Virus record (IMG/VR): IMGVR_UViG_2563366842_000009
DNA from: a virus
Taxonomy: Duplodnaviria > Heunggongvirae > Uroviricota > Caudoviricetes
Strand: one strand, 5' to 3'
DNA: 29,651 nt
Under the pieces are notes generated by a model. It made no database searches, was not told the origin of the DNA, and saw only the letters and a list, made by a program, of their open reading frames with translations. This document shows, piece by piece, positions 16,404-25,552 of the stretch. Made by a program: the position numbers and the translations under genes. The number at the start of each line of letters is the position of its first letter. Position 1 is the stretch's first letter.

Positions 16404-16887
16404 TACTCACCAGAATATCGCCGCCTTTCTGGACATGCTGGCGTATTCCGAAGGAACAGCGAACCATCCGCTGACGAAAAACCGTGGCTATGACGTCATT
16501 GTCACCGGTCTTGATGGTAAGCCAGAGATTTTCACCGATTACAGCGACCACCCTTTCGCACATGGCCGACCACCGAAAGTGTTTAATCGCCGTGGTGAGA
16601 AATCCACGGCATCGGGGCGTTACCAGCAGCTTTATCTGTTCTGGCCGCACTATAAAAAACAGCTCTCGTTGCCTGATTTCAGTCCACTGTCGCAGGACAG
16701 GCTCGCGATCCAGTTAATCCGGGAACGCGGTGCTATTGACGATATCCGGGCGGGGCGTATTGAGCGTGCTGTTTCCCGTTGTCGCAATATATGGGCGTCA
16801 TTACCGGGTGCCGGTTACGGCCAGCGCGAGCACAGTCTCGAAAAGCTGGTCACTGTCTGGCGCACGGCTGGCGGGGTGGTGGCATGA
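16390..16887 (+). CDS. K: Endolysin / lysozyme (P2 gpK family)
   Basis: Start at ATG 16390 (MPVINTHQNIAAFLDMLAYSEGT...), overlapping the holin 3' end; the track ORF from 16159 carries a spurious N-terminal extension. Sequence matches P2 K as recalled. Confidence 0.9.
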   Translation: MPVINTHQNIAAFLDMLAYSEGTANHPLTKNRGYDVIVTGLDGKPEIFTDYSDHPFAHGRPPKVFNRRGEKSTASGRYQQLYLFWPHYKKQLSLPDFSPLSQDRLAIQLIRERGAIDDIRAGRIERAVSRCRNIWASLPGAGYGQREHSLEKLVTVWRTAGGVVA

Positions 16888-17297
16888 AAGTCCTGATAAC
16901 GCTGCTTGTGCTGGCTGTGCTCGGGTTGCTGTGGTTGCGCCATGAGAACGGCAATTTATCCCGCTCTTTTGAGGCGGCAAATCGTGTCGCGAGCGAGCAA
17001 AAGACGACGATTGGCATGCTGAAAAATCAGCTCAGTGTTGCCGGTCAGCTCGCCCGACGTAATGAATCCGCGCAGGTGGCACTGCGCGAGCAGCTCGCAA
17101 AGGCAAGTGCAGAAGCCAGCCGCCGTGAGCAGACGATAACGAGGTTACTTAATGAAAATGAAGCCTTTCGCCGCTGGTATAACGCTGCTCTGCCTGATGT
17201 TGTGCGTCGGTTGCACACCCGCCCTGCCTGCGCCAGCGCCGGTGATTGTGGTCAACGGATGCCCGAAGGTGAGCCTTTGCCCGATGCCGGGAAATGA
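16884..17297 (+). CDS. lysB: i-spanin (LysB / Rz-like)
   Basis: Start at ATG 16884 (ATGA overlap with K stop); N-terminal TMD (MKVLITLLVLAVLGLLWL) followed by a coiled-coil region and C-terminal ...RRLH.RPAC....DC.QRMPE.EPLPDAG as in P2 LysB. Confidence 0.85.
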   Translation: MKVLITLLVLAVLGLLWLRHENGNLSRSFEAANRVASEQKTTIGMLKNQLSVAGQLARRNESAQVALREQLAKASAEASRREQTITRLLNENEAFRRWYNAALPDVVRRLHTRPACASAGDCGQRMPEGEPLPDAGK

Positions 17298-17442
17298 CCC
17301 GAAAACAAATGGTGACCTGAGCGCGGATATTCGCCGTCTTGAGGGCGCGCTGACTGCCTGTGCGCTGCAGGTCAAAACCGTCAAACACTGTCAGGATGAA
17401 CTCGATGCAAAAGCACAAAAGCCTGCGCAAAGCGCTGATTAA
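17152..17442 (+). CDS. lysC: o-spanin lipoprotein (LysC / Rz1-like), embedded in and overlapping the 3' end of lysB in another frame
   Basis: Lipoprotein signal with lipobox (LMLCVG|C), Pro-rich mature region with several Cys; classic embedded/overlapping spanin architecture. Confidence 0.8.
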   Translation: MKMKPFAAGITLLCLMLCVGCTPALPAPAPVIVVNGCPKVSLCPMPGNDPKTNGDLSADIRRLEGALTACALQVKTVKHCQDELDAKAQKPAQSAD

Positions 17443-17872
17443 CGCCGTGCCGCAGCTCCGAAATAACCCCGATATGCTGCGCCTGTTTGCCGACAACGGC
17501 CATACCGATTCCCGACTGGCGAGCTCGCTGTCGTTTGAAAAGGTGTACGTGCTTAACGTGGTGGTGACTGACTTCACCGGCGACCTCGACTTGATATTTG
17601 TGCCGGTGCAGGCGTGGCTGCGTGAGCATCAGCCGGACATTATGACCACCGACGCCGGGAGGGATAAAGGATTCACCTGGATGATTGATATCAATAACGA
17701 CGATTCGCTCGATATCAGTATCAGCCTGAGACTCACCGAGCGCACGCTCGTCAAAGAGGTCGACGGCGCACTGCACGTCAGCTATGCGCCGGAGCCGTCG
17801 CTGCCTGAACCCGTGACGCGCCCGGTCGAGCTGTACGTTAACGGTGAGCTGGTGAGTAAGTGGGATGAGTGA
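17405..17872 (+). CDS. R: Tail completion protein R (P2 gpR family)
   Basis: Start chosen at ATG 17405 (155 aa, matching the P2 R length); strong recalled similarity (NPDMLR.F.DNG, SLSFEK.Y.LNV.VTDFTGD.DL, PDIMTTD, ELYVNGELVSKWDE). Confidence 0.9.
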   Translation: MQKHKSLRKALINAVPQLRNNPDMLRLFADNGHTDSRLASSLSFEKVYVLNVVVTDFTGDLDLIFVPVQAWLREHQPDIMTTDAGRDKGFTWMIDINNDDSLDISISLRLTERTLVKEVDGALHVSYAPEPSLPEPVTRPVELYVNGELVSKWDE

Positions 17873-18314
17873 GTTAACCGCACTGCAGGAGCGCCTTGCC
17901 GGTCTGATTGCCAGCCTGTCACCGGCGGCGCGTCGTCAAATGGCGGCTGAGATTGCGAAAAAGCTGCGCGCCAGTCAGCAACAGCGCATTAAGCGGCAGC
18001 AGGCACCCGACGGCACCCCGTATGCCGCGCGAAAGCGCCAGCCGGTGCGGAGCAAGAAAGGGCGCATTAAGCGCGAAATGTTCACCAGACTGCGCACCAG
18101 TCGCTTTATGAAAGCCAAAGGCAGCGACAGTGCGGCGGTGGTGGAGTTTACCGGCAAGGTGCAGCGCATGGCGCGGGTGCATCAGTACGGGCTCAAAGAC
18201 CGGCCAAACCGCAACAGCCGCGATGTGCAGTACGAGGCGCGCCCGTTGCTCGGTTTCACTCATGACGATGAGCAGATGATTGAAGACGTCATTCTCAGTC
18301 ACCTCGGCAAATAA
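17865..18314 (+). CDS. S: Tail completion protein S (P2 gpS family)
   Basis: 149 aa; overlaps the R stop; matches P2 S. Confidence 0.9.
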   Translation: MSELTALQERLAGLIASLSPAARRQMAAEIAKKLRASQQQRIKRQQAPDGTPYAARKRQPVRSKKGRIKREMFTRLRTSRFMKAKGSDSAAVVEFTGKVQRMARVHQYGLKDRPNRNSRDVQYEARPLLGFTHDDEQMIEDVILSHLGK

Positions 18315-18382
18315 ATATTGTGTGAGCCATCACCGGAGCCGCGCGAATTGGCGCGGCTCCAGACCAGAGGCATTCTTGCACT

Positions 18383-19024
18383 ATGAATACGTTATCCACT
18401 CTACAGGAGCTCGCGCGCGCAATTCGCAACCTCATCCGCTCAGGTGTGGTGACTGAGGTCGATACCGTGCAGGGGCTGTGCCGCGTACAAAGCGGCGGGA
18501 TCCAGACTACATGGCTGAACTGGCTTACTACCCGCGCCGGTCGTTCTCGTACATGGTGGGCTCCCTCGGTCGGTGAGCAGGTACTGCTGCTGGCGATTGG
18601 TGGTGAGCTTGATACCGCTTTCGTGCTGCCGGGAATTTTTTCCGACGATAACCCCGCCCCGTCAGCCTCGGCGGATGCGTGGCATGTGGTGTTCCCTGAT
18701 GGCGCGGTTATGGAGTATGAGCCGGAAACCGGTGCACTGACGGTCAGCGGCATCAAAACTGCCGATGTGACGGCATCGGAGTCCATCACCGCCACCGTGC
18801 CGGTGGTGCTGGTTAAAGCGGCAGAGCGTATCACCCTCGACACCCCGGAGGTGGTCTGCACCAACAAACTGACGACGGCGACGCTTGAGGTGCGGAAAGG
18901 CGGCACCATGCGGGGAAACATCGAACATACCGGCGGTACGTTGAAATCAAATGGTGTGCAGGTTGATGACCACGGTCACGGTGGCGTGCAACGGGGCGGG
19001 AGCTGGACGGAGGGCACCAAATGA
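18383..19024 (+). CDS. V: Baseplate spike / assembly protein V (P2 gpV family)
   Basis: 213 aa; first gene of the baseplate operon; synteny. Confidence 0.85.
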   Translation: MNTLSTLQELARAIRNLIRSGVVTEVDTVQGLCRVQSGGIQTTWLNWLTTRAGRSRTWWAPSVGEQVLLLAIGGELDTAFVLPGIFSDDNPAPSASADAWHVVFPDGAVMEYEPETGALTVSGIKTADVTASESITATVPVVLVKAAERITLDTPEVVCTNKLTTATLEVRKGGTMRGNIEHTGGTLKSNGVQVDDHGHGGVQRGGSWTEGTK

Positions 19025-19368
19025 CGGCGCGCTATATGGGGATGAACCGCAATACCGGCATTGCTATCCGTGACAGTGAGCATATCAGCCAGAGCATGCG
19101 CGACATTCTGCTGACGCCGGTCGGCTCGCGGGTAATGCGTCGTGAATATGGCTCGCTCCTGTCTGCGTTGATTGATATGCCGCAAACCCCGGCGCTCAGG
19201 CTGCAAATCATGGTGGCGTGCTATTCCGCGATCCAGAAGTGGGAACCACGCATCAGGCTTACATCCATCAGTTTTGAGCACGGCGACACTGGCGAAATGT
19301 ATGTCGATATTACCGGGATGCGTACCGATACCGGTACGTCAGTTTCAACCACTGTTTCACTGAGTTAA
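19021..19368 (+). CDS. W: Baseplate wedge protein W (gp25-like)
   Basis: 115 aa, ATGA-coupled to V; same size as P2 W. Confidence 0.85.
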   Translation: MTARYMGMNRNTGIAIRDSEHISQSMRDILLTPVGSRVMRREYGSLLSALIDMPQTPALRLQIMVACYSAIQKWEPRIRLTSISFEHGDTGEMYVDITGMRTDTGTSVSTTVSLS

Positions 19369-19374
19369 ACCACT

Positions 19375-20283
19375 ATGGCAACTGTTGACCTGAGTCTGCT
19401 ACCTGTTCCTGATGTGGTCGAGGAACTGGACTATGAAACTATCCTTGCGGAGCGCATTGCGACGCTGATTTCGCTCTATCCAGAAGACCAGCAGGAAGCC
19501 GTCGCCCGGACGCTCGCGCTTGAGTCTGAGCCGGTTGTTAAGCTACTGCAGGAAAACGCCTACCGTGAGGTTATCTGGCGTCAGCGTGTCAATGAGGCTG
19601 CGCGCGCAGTCATGCTGGCTTATGCCATAGACAGTGACCTCGATAATATCGGGGCGAATTTCAATGTTGAGCGCCTTGTCGTCACGCCTGCTGACGACAC
19701 CACTATTCCACCCACCCCGGCAGAGATGGAACTCGACGCCGATTATCGTCTGCGCATACAACAGGCTTTCGAAGGAATGAGCGTGGCAGGCTCTACGGGG
19801 GCTTATGAATTTCATGGCCGCAGTGCTGACGGGCGTGTCGCTGATATTTCTGTTATCAGCCCATCCCCTGCGTGCGTCACGATATCAGTGCTCTCGCGTG
19901 AGAATAACGGCGCGGCGTCTGATGAACTTCTGAGCATTGTACGCAATGCGCTTAATGGTGAGGACGTGAGGCCGGTTGCTGACCGTGTAACTGTGCAGTC
20001 GGCTCAGATTGTTGATTACCAGATACGCGCAACGCTTTTCATTTATCCGGGGCCGGAAAGTGAGCCGATTCGCGCAGCAGCTGAGGCGAAGCTCAAAGCC
20101 TATGCCAGCGCTCAACACCGGTTAGGGCGGGATATTCGCCTGTCGGCCATCTATGCCGCGTTACATGTTGAGGGGGTGCAGCGTGTCGAGCTGGCGGCGC
20201 CAGTGGCTGACATTGTGCTTGATAAAACGCAGGCCTCCTTTTGCACTGACTATCAGATAGTGATTGGTGGCTCTGATGAGTGA
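19375..20283 (+). CDS. J: Baseplate protein J
   Basis: 302 aa, same length as P2 J; synteny. Confidence 0.85.
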   Translation: MATVDLSLLPVPDVVEELDYETILAERIATLISLYPEDQQEAVARTLALESEPVVKLLQENAYREVIWRQRVNEAARAVMLAYAIDSDLDNIGANFNVERLVVTPADDTTIPPTPAEMELDADYRLRIQQAFEGMSVAGSTGAYEFHGRSADGRVADISVISPSPACVTISVLSRENNGAASDELLSIVRNALNGEDVRPVADRVTVQSAQIVDYQIRATLFIYPGPESEPIRAAAEAKLKAYASAQHRLGRDIRLSAIYAALHVEGVQRVELAAPVADIVLDKTQASFCTDYQIVIGGSDE

Positions 20284-20809
20284 TGCGCGCCTGTTACCTG
20301 TAGGCTCATCACCTCTTGAGGTGGCTGCTGCCCGTGCCTGTGCAGATATTGAAAACACACCCATTCCGTTACGCCGTCTGTGGAGCCCTGACACCTGTCC
20401 TGCAAACCTTTTGCCGTGGCTGGCGTGGGCGTTTTCCGTTGACCGCTGGGATGAGAACTGGCCGGAAGAAACCAAGCGGGACGTTATTCGCAGTGCGTAT
20501 TACATCCACTGTCACAAAGGGACGATAGGCGCTGTGCGGCGTGTGGTCGAGCCGCTCGGTTACGTCATTAACGTTACTGAGTGGTGGGAGAATGACGACC
20601 CGGCAGGCACTTTTCGTCTTGATATCGGTGTACTGGAAAGCGGTATCACCGAAGAAATGTATTTAGAAATGGAGCGGTTAATTGCGGATGCAAAACCCGC
20701 AAGCCGTCACCTGATTGGTCTGAATATTATCCAGGACATAGCGGGCTATATGTACACCGGCGGTGTGGCATATGACGGCGACATTATTACGGTTTACCCG
20801 GAAGAGTGA
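20276..20809 (+). CDS. I: Baseplate/tail fibre attachment protein I
   Basis: Start at ATG 20276 overlapping the J stop; 177 aa, about the P2 I size. Confidence 0.8.
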   Translation: MSDARLLPVGSSPLEVAAARACADIENTPIPLRRLWSPDTCPANLLPWLAWAFSVDRWDENWPEETKRDVIRSAYYIHCHKGTIGAVRRVVEPLGYVINVTEWWENDDPAGTFRLDIGVLESGITEEMYLEMERLIADAKPASRHLIGLNIIQDIAGYMYTGGVAYDGDIITVYPEE

Positions 20810-20815
20810 GGAATA

Positions 20816-22735
20816 ATGAGCAAAAAATTCAAAACAATTATTACCACTGCCGGTGCTGAAAAGCTGGCTGCTGCCACTGTGCCGGGTGGTAAAAAAGTGA
20901 ACCTTACTGCGATGGCTGTCGGTGATGGTGGCGGCACGCTGCCGGAGCCAAGCGCCGGTCAGACAACGCTCATTAATGAAGTCTGGCGTCATGCGCTGAA
21001 TAAAATCAGCCAGGACAACAAAAAGAAAAACTATATCGTGGCAGAGCTGGTCATCCCTCCTGATGTGGGAGGCTTCTGGATGCGCGAGCTGGGTCTGTAT
21101 GATGATGCAGGCGCGCTGATTGCCGTTGCCAATATGGCTGAAAGTTACAAGCCGAAGCTGGCCGAGGGGTCGGGGCGTGCGCAGACCTGTCGCATGGTGA
21201 TTATTGTCAGCAACGTTGACTCGGTAGAGTTGTCCATTGATGCAACAACGGTGATGGCAACGCAGGATTATGTTGACGACAAACTCGCCGAGCATGAACA
21301 GTCCCGCAAACATCCTGACGCCACGCTGAACGAAAAAGGTTTTGTCCAGCTCAGCAGCGCCACCGACAGCACGTCTGAGAACCTCGCAGCGACGCCGAAA
21401 GCGGTTAAGGCGGCGTATGACCTTGCCAGTGGTAAATATACGGCTCAGGACGCGAGCACAGCGCAAAAGGGCATTGTGCAACTCAGTAGCGCAACTGATA
21501 GCAGTGACGAAGGGAAGGCTGCAACCCCGAAAGCGGTTAAGGCTGCGTATGACCTTGCGAATGGTAAATATACAGCTCTGGATGCGAGCACAACGCAAAA
21601 GGGTATTGTTCGCCTCAACAGTGCAATTGACAGTGATGCTGAAAATCTTGCAGCGACATCGAAAGCAGTAAAAATAGCGATGGAAAATGCAAATGCAAGA
21701 CTCGCTAAAGACAGAAATGGCGGTGACATTCCTAATAAGCAGTTATTTATTCAAAACATAGGCATGCAGGATACTGTAAATAAGGCTGACGGAGCTATTC
21801 AGAGGTCTGGCGACAACATGACAGGCCCTCTTGGTCTCACACGAACATCCTCCTTTGGTGTGGCTACTGAGAACGCGCTAGGTGGAAATTCCATTGCCAT
21901 CGGTGACAGCGATTCAGGGTTTAAGTCAAATGGTGACGGTAACATTGCGCTGATGGCAAATGGTGTTCTTGCCGGGTATTTTTCGGAAAATGAATTACAG
22001 CACCGGAAAAAAATGCTGACAAAAATTTTTCAGGCCATTGCAGAAAACAACTGGACGGAAGGTGCCGGAGGTTTTGGTTCGCAACTTGGAAGTGGCGCAC
22101 CTTTTATCAGTCCGCGAATAACCCGACCAAATGATGACAACAATTATTTCCCTTTCTGGAAGCAAATTGTCTCTCTTGTCTCTGGTTATCCCGTTGCCGC
22201 TTCAATGGGGTTAATGACGACCGGGAAAACAAATTTCCCTCAGATTGTTATTCATGCGAAAACAGATTTTGATGTCAATGACAAGCTATGGGTTTTTGAT
22301 GTGGCATCAGGAGAGTTCAGAAGCCCAGGCCGTTTGTTAGGTACTGAAATATTTCTTTCAGGAAAGACGCGAATTGCGGCCGATGGAAACATTAACAGTG
22401 ATGTATGGGGCGGCTGGCTGAGTGATTATTTAAACAATACCTATAATAAAAAAAATACGGCAACACTGGGGTTCTCAGGCTGGAGCCGTGATGAGTCAAC
22501 GGGGCTGATTATGCAGTGGGGTAACGTGGATAACGCTAACGGAACCTACTCATTTCCACGGGCATTCAGTGATACCTGTTTTGCTGTCTTTGCGACGAAC
22601 AAAGACGGACAGGGTGGTGCTATTGATAATGCTTATGGCTATCCGGTAAGCAAAACGCAATTCCGTCTGGCCTGTAAGGCGAACTCTGGCGCTGATACAG
22701 CATACGGCATTTCATGGTTTGCACTGGGGTACTGA
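20816..22735 (+). CDS. H: Tail fibre protein H with internal tandem repeats and a divergent low-GC receptor-binding C-terminus
   Basis: 639 aa; conserved N-terminus (baseplate-proximal), three tandem 44-aa repeats (KG[FI]VQLSSATDS...[26 protein letters not shown] 21335..21712), AT-richer C-terminal half. Confidence 0.9.
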   Translation: MSKKFKTIITTAGAEKLAAATVPGGKKVNLTAMAVGDGGGTLPEPSAGQTTLINEVWRHALNKISQDNKKKNYIVAELVIPPDVGGFWMRELGLYDDAGALIAVANMAESYKPKLAEGSGRAQTCRMVIIVSNVDSVELSIDATTVMATQDYVDDKLAEHEQSRKHPDATLNEKGFVQLSSATDSTSENLAATPKAVKAAYDLASGKYTAQDASTAQKGIVQLSSATDSSDEGKAATPKAVKAAYDLANGKYTALDASTTQKGIVRLNSAIDSDAENLAATSKAVKIAMENANARLAKDRNGGDIPNKQLFIQNIGMQDTVNKADGAIQRSGDNMTGPLGLTRTSSFGVATENALGGNSIAIGDSDSGFKSNGDGNIALMANGVLAGYFSENELQHRKKMLTKIFQAIAENNWTEGAGGFGSQLGSGAPFISPRITRPNDDNNYFPFWKQIVSLVSGYPVAASMGLMTTGKTNFPQIVIHAKTDFDVNDKLWVFDVASGEFRSPGRLLGTEIFLSGKTRIAADGNINSDVWGGWLSDYLNNTYNKKNTATLGFSGWSRDESTGLIMQWGNVDNANGTYSFPRAFSDTCFAVFATNKDGQGGAIDNAYGYPVSKTQFRLACKANSGADTAYGISWFALGY

Positions 22736-22737
22736 TA

Positions 22738-23157
22738 ATGACTGAACAATATTACTACAGCTATTCGGCGAAAGGTTTTTTCTGGCTGTGTGAAGATGAG
22801 CTAAAGGGGAATGATATTCCCGCTGACCTTATACCCGTCAGCGAGGAAGAGCACGCCGCAATGTTTCTTGGTCAGGAACGGGGTAAATACATTAACCATA
22901 CGCCTGATGGACCAGTTCTGGTTGACCAGCCGGATTACTCGCCAGAAGAACTCATTGCGCAGGCGGAAAGCAAAAAGTCACGTCTGATGCAGACGGCTAA
23001 CGCAGAGATTGCCCCATTGCAGGATGCAGTTGATTTGGGGATTGCGACGACAAAAGAGATTGCCGCGTTGTCTGAATGGAAGAAATACCGGGTTATGCTG
23101 ATGCGTATTGATTGTCGGGCGATTCCTGATATTAACTGGCCTGACGCACCGGTATGA
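22738..23157 (+). CDS. G: Tail fibre assembly chaperone (P2 gpG / Tfa family)
   Basis: Start at ATG 22738 just after the H stop; C-terminal region ...[13 protein letters not shown]...WPDAP typical of Tfa chaperones. Confidence 0.8.
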   Translation: MTEQYYYSYSAKGFFWLCEDELKGNDIPADLIPVSEEEHAAMFLGQERGKYINHTPDGPVLVDQPDYSPEELIAQAESKKSRLMQTANAEIAPLQDAVDLGIATTKEIAALSEWKKYRVMLMRIDCRAIPDINWPDAPV

Positions 23158-23160
23158 AAG

Positions 23161-23186
23161 AAGCGGGTTAAACCCGCTTTCTTTTT
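23161..23186 (+). terminator. Intrinsic terminator after G (stem aagcgggt / acccgctt, then TCTTTTT)
   Basis: Perfect 8-bp stem with a 3-nt loop, followed by a T-run, immediately after the G stop codon. Confidence 0.7.
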
Positions 23187-23285
23187 ACCCTGCTGTTGTA
23201 TCACCCCTTGCCCAACGCCGACAAATAGCCCACCGTTACAGCACAACAGAAAATACGCTCACCCCTTAACCACGGAGTTAACCGG

Positions 23286-24464
23286 ATGAGTGATTTTCAC
23301 CACGGCGTACAGGTGCTTGAAATTAACGACGGCACCCGCGTCATTTCCACTGTTTCGACCGCTATCATCGGCATGGTCTGCACGGCAAGTGATGCGGATG
23401 CGAAGCTATTCCCCCTCAATGAGCCGGTACTGATTACCAATGTGCAAAGCGCCATTGCGAAAGCCGGTAAAAAAGGCACGCTGGCAGCCTCTCTGCAGGC
23501 CATCGCCGACCAGGCTAAACCTGTCACTATTGTTGTGCGCGTTGCCGAAGGTACCGGCGACGACGCAGAAGCGCAGACCGTTACCAACATCATCGGTGGC
23601 ACGGATGAGAACGGCAAATACACCGGTATTAAAGCGCTGTTGACTGCCGAAGCGGTTACCGGCGTTAAGCCGCGTATTCTCGGCGTGCCGGGTCTCGATA
23701 CACAGGAGGTGGCGGTCGCACTTGCGTCAGTCGCTATCAAACTACGCGCATTTTGCTATGTCAGCGCGTGGGGCTGTAAAACCATTTCCGAGGCGATGGC
23801 CTATCGCGAGAATTTCAGCCAGCGCGAACTGATGGTCATCTGGCCTGACTTCCTCGCATGGGATACCACCGCAAACGCCACTGCCACGGCATACGCCACC
23901 GCCCGCGCACTCGGTCTGCGTGCCTACATCGACCAGACTATCGGCTGGCACAAAACGCTGTCTAACGTTGGCGTACAGGGCGTCACTGGCATCAGTGCCT
24001 CAGTCTTTTGGGATTTGCAGGCATCCGGCACCGATGCTGACCTGCTCAACGGGGCCGGAGTCACAACGCTGGTTCGCAAGGATGGTTTCCGCTTTTGGGG
24101 AAACCGCACCTGCTCTGATGACCCGCTTTTCCTGTTTGAGAACTACACACGCACCGCGCAGGTACTGGCCGACACGATGGCTGAGGCGCACATGTGGGCG
24201 GTCGATAAACCCATCACTGCATCGCTCATCCGTGACATTGTCGACGGTATTAACGCCAAATTCCGCGAGCTGAAATCTAACGGTTACATCGTGGACGGTG
24301 AATGCTGGTTCGATGAGGAATCGAATGACAAGGAAACCCTCAAGGCCGGGAAACTGTATATCGACTACGACTATACACCGGTTCCCCCACTGGAAAGCCT
24401 GACCCTGCGCCAGCGTATCACCGATAAATATCTGGTGAATCTGGCCGAATCGGTCAACAGCTAA
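23286..24464 (+). CDS. FI: Contractile tail sheath protein (P2 gpFI family)
   Basis: 392 aa; N-terminus MSDFHHGVQVLEINDGTRVISTVSTAIIGMVCTASDAD... matches P2 FI as recalled. Confidence 0.95.
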   Translation: MSDFHHGVQVLEINDGTRVISTVSTAIIGMVCTASDADAKLFPLNEPVLITNVQSAIAKAGKKGTLAASLQAIADQAKPVTIVVRVAEGTGDDAEAQTVTNIIGGTDENGKYTGIKALLTAEAVTGVKPRILGVPGLDTQEVAVALASVAIKLRAFCYVSAWGCKTISEAMAYRENFSQRELMVIWPDFLAWDTTANATATAYATARALGLRAYIDQTIGWHKTLSNVGVQGVTGISASVFWDLQASGTDADLLNGAGVTTLVRKDGFRFWGNRTCSDDPLFLFENYTRTAQVLADTMAEAHMWAVDKPITASLIRDIVDGINAKFRELKSNGYIVDGECWFDEESNDKETLKAGKLYIDYDYTPVPPLESLTLRQRITDKYLVNLAESVNS

Positions 24465-24479
24465 GGAGCCTGAAACAAC

Positions 24480-25001
24480 ATGGCACTACCCCGCAAACTT
24501 AAATATCTGAACATGTTCAATGACGGCCTTAGCTATATGGGCGTTGTTGAATCCGTGACGCTGCCGAAGCTGACCCGCAAGCTCGAAAACTATCGCGGCG
24601 GCGGCATGAATGGCGCGGCGGCGATTGACCTCGGCCTCGACGATGATGCACTTACCGTCGAATGGTCTGTCGGTGGCCTGCCTGATGTGGCGCTGTGGGC
24701 GCAGTATGCCGCGCCGGGTGCTGATGCCGTGCCGCTGCGTTTTGCTGGCTCTTACCAGCGTGACGACACTGGCGAAATCGTGGCAGTCGAGGTGGTCATG
24801 CGTGGCCGTCATAAAGAAATCGACGGCGGCGAGAATAAGCAGGGTGAAAACACCTCGACCAAACTGTCGACCGTTTGCACCTATTACCGCCTCACGATTG
24901 ATGGTAGCGACATTATCGAAATCGACACCGTCAACATGGTCGAGAAGGTGAACGGCGTCGACCGTCTGGAACAGCACCGCCGCGCAATCGGGCTACTGTA
25001 A
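24480..25001 (+). CDS. FII: Tail tube protein (P2 gpFII family)
   Basis: 173 aa directly after the sheath gene. Confidence 0.9.
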   Translation: MALPRKLKYLNMFNDGLSYMGVVESVTLPKLTRKLENYRGGGMNGAAAIDLGLDDDALTVEWSVGGLPDVALWAQYAAPGADAVPLRFAGSYQRDDTGEIVAVEVVMRGRHKEIDGGENKQGENTSTKLSTVCTYYRLTIDGSDIIEIDTVNMVEKVNGVDRLEQHRRAIGLL

Positions 25002-25064
25002 TTCCCTGACCGGTCAGCACCGCTGGCCGGTTATTACTCCCATTCAAAGCAGAGAAAAAACATC

Positions 25065-25400
25065 ATGGCAAAAGCACCACGCAAAACCCCTGAATTTGTT
25101 GACCCGGCTGGCAATGAAATTGACACCGTAAACCCGAATGTCGTGACCCTCGACAAGCCGATTAAGCGTGCTGGTCAGACGATTGAAAAGGTCACCCTGA
25201 TTGAACCGAACGCAGGCACCCTGCGCGGCGTCAGTCTGGCGGCAGTGGCGCAGTCCGAGGTCGATGCGCTGATTAAGGTGCTGCCCCGCATGACCTACCC
25301 GGCACTCACCACGCAGGAACTTACCGCAATGAACCTGCCCGATATGCTGTCACTGGCCGCTAAGGTGATTGGTTTTTTGTCACCGGCTTCGGCGGAATAG
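25065..25400 (+). CDS. E: Tail assembly chaperone E (zero-frame product)
   Basis: 111-aa ORF between the tube and tape-measure genes, containing the slippery heptamer TTTTTTG near its 3' end. Confidence 0.85.
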   Translation: MAKAPRKTPEFVDPAGNEIDTVNPNVVTLDKPIKRAGQTIEKVTLIEPNAGTLRGVSLAAVAQSEVDALIKVLPRMTYPALTTQELTAMNLPDMLSLAAKVIGFLSPASAE

Positions 25401-25552
25401 ACTTCCCGCCCGACCTGTCGACCGATGACCTGATGGCGGATATCGCAGTGATATTCCACTGGCCGCCATCAGAGCTCTATTCCCTGAGCCTGTGCGAGCT
25501 CATCACATGGCGCGAAAAGGCGCTGCAGCGTAGCGGAAACCACAATGAGTAA
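25065..25552 (+). CDS. E': Tail assembly chaperone E+E' (-1 programmed frameshift product; shift at TTTTTTG 25373..25379)
   Basis: After a -1 slip at T6G, the reading frame continues ...FFVTGFGGIDFPPDLSTDDLMADIAVIFHWPPSELYSLSLCELITWREKALQRSGNHNE, which matches the P2 E' C-terminus as recalled, ending at TAA 25550..25552 overlapping the T start. Confidence 0.8.

Noticed and set aside
18295-18921. 208-aa minus-strand ORF overlapping V
   Set aside because: Antisense to the baseplate gene V; no RBS context; Ser/Thr/Ala-rich low-complexity translation.
20678-21598. 306-aa minus-strand ORF overlapping the I and H genes
   Set aside because: Antisense to conserved tail genes; likely a spurious open frame.
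21335-21712. Tandem direct repeats that could superficially resemble a CRISPR-like array
   Set aside because: The repeats are 132 bp, contiguous with no spacers, in frame, and encode a repeated peptide within the tail fibre gene.
23187-23285. Ogr/B-dependent late promoter (TGT-N12-ACA dyad) upstream of FI, and similarly upstream of O, P and V
   Set aside because: A late promoter is expected at these positions, but I could not identify an unambiguous TGT-N12-ACA element by inspection (only shared gctgttgt-like strings), so no coordinates are claimed.
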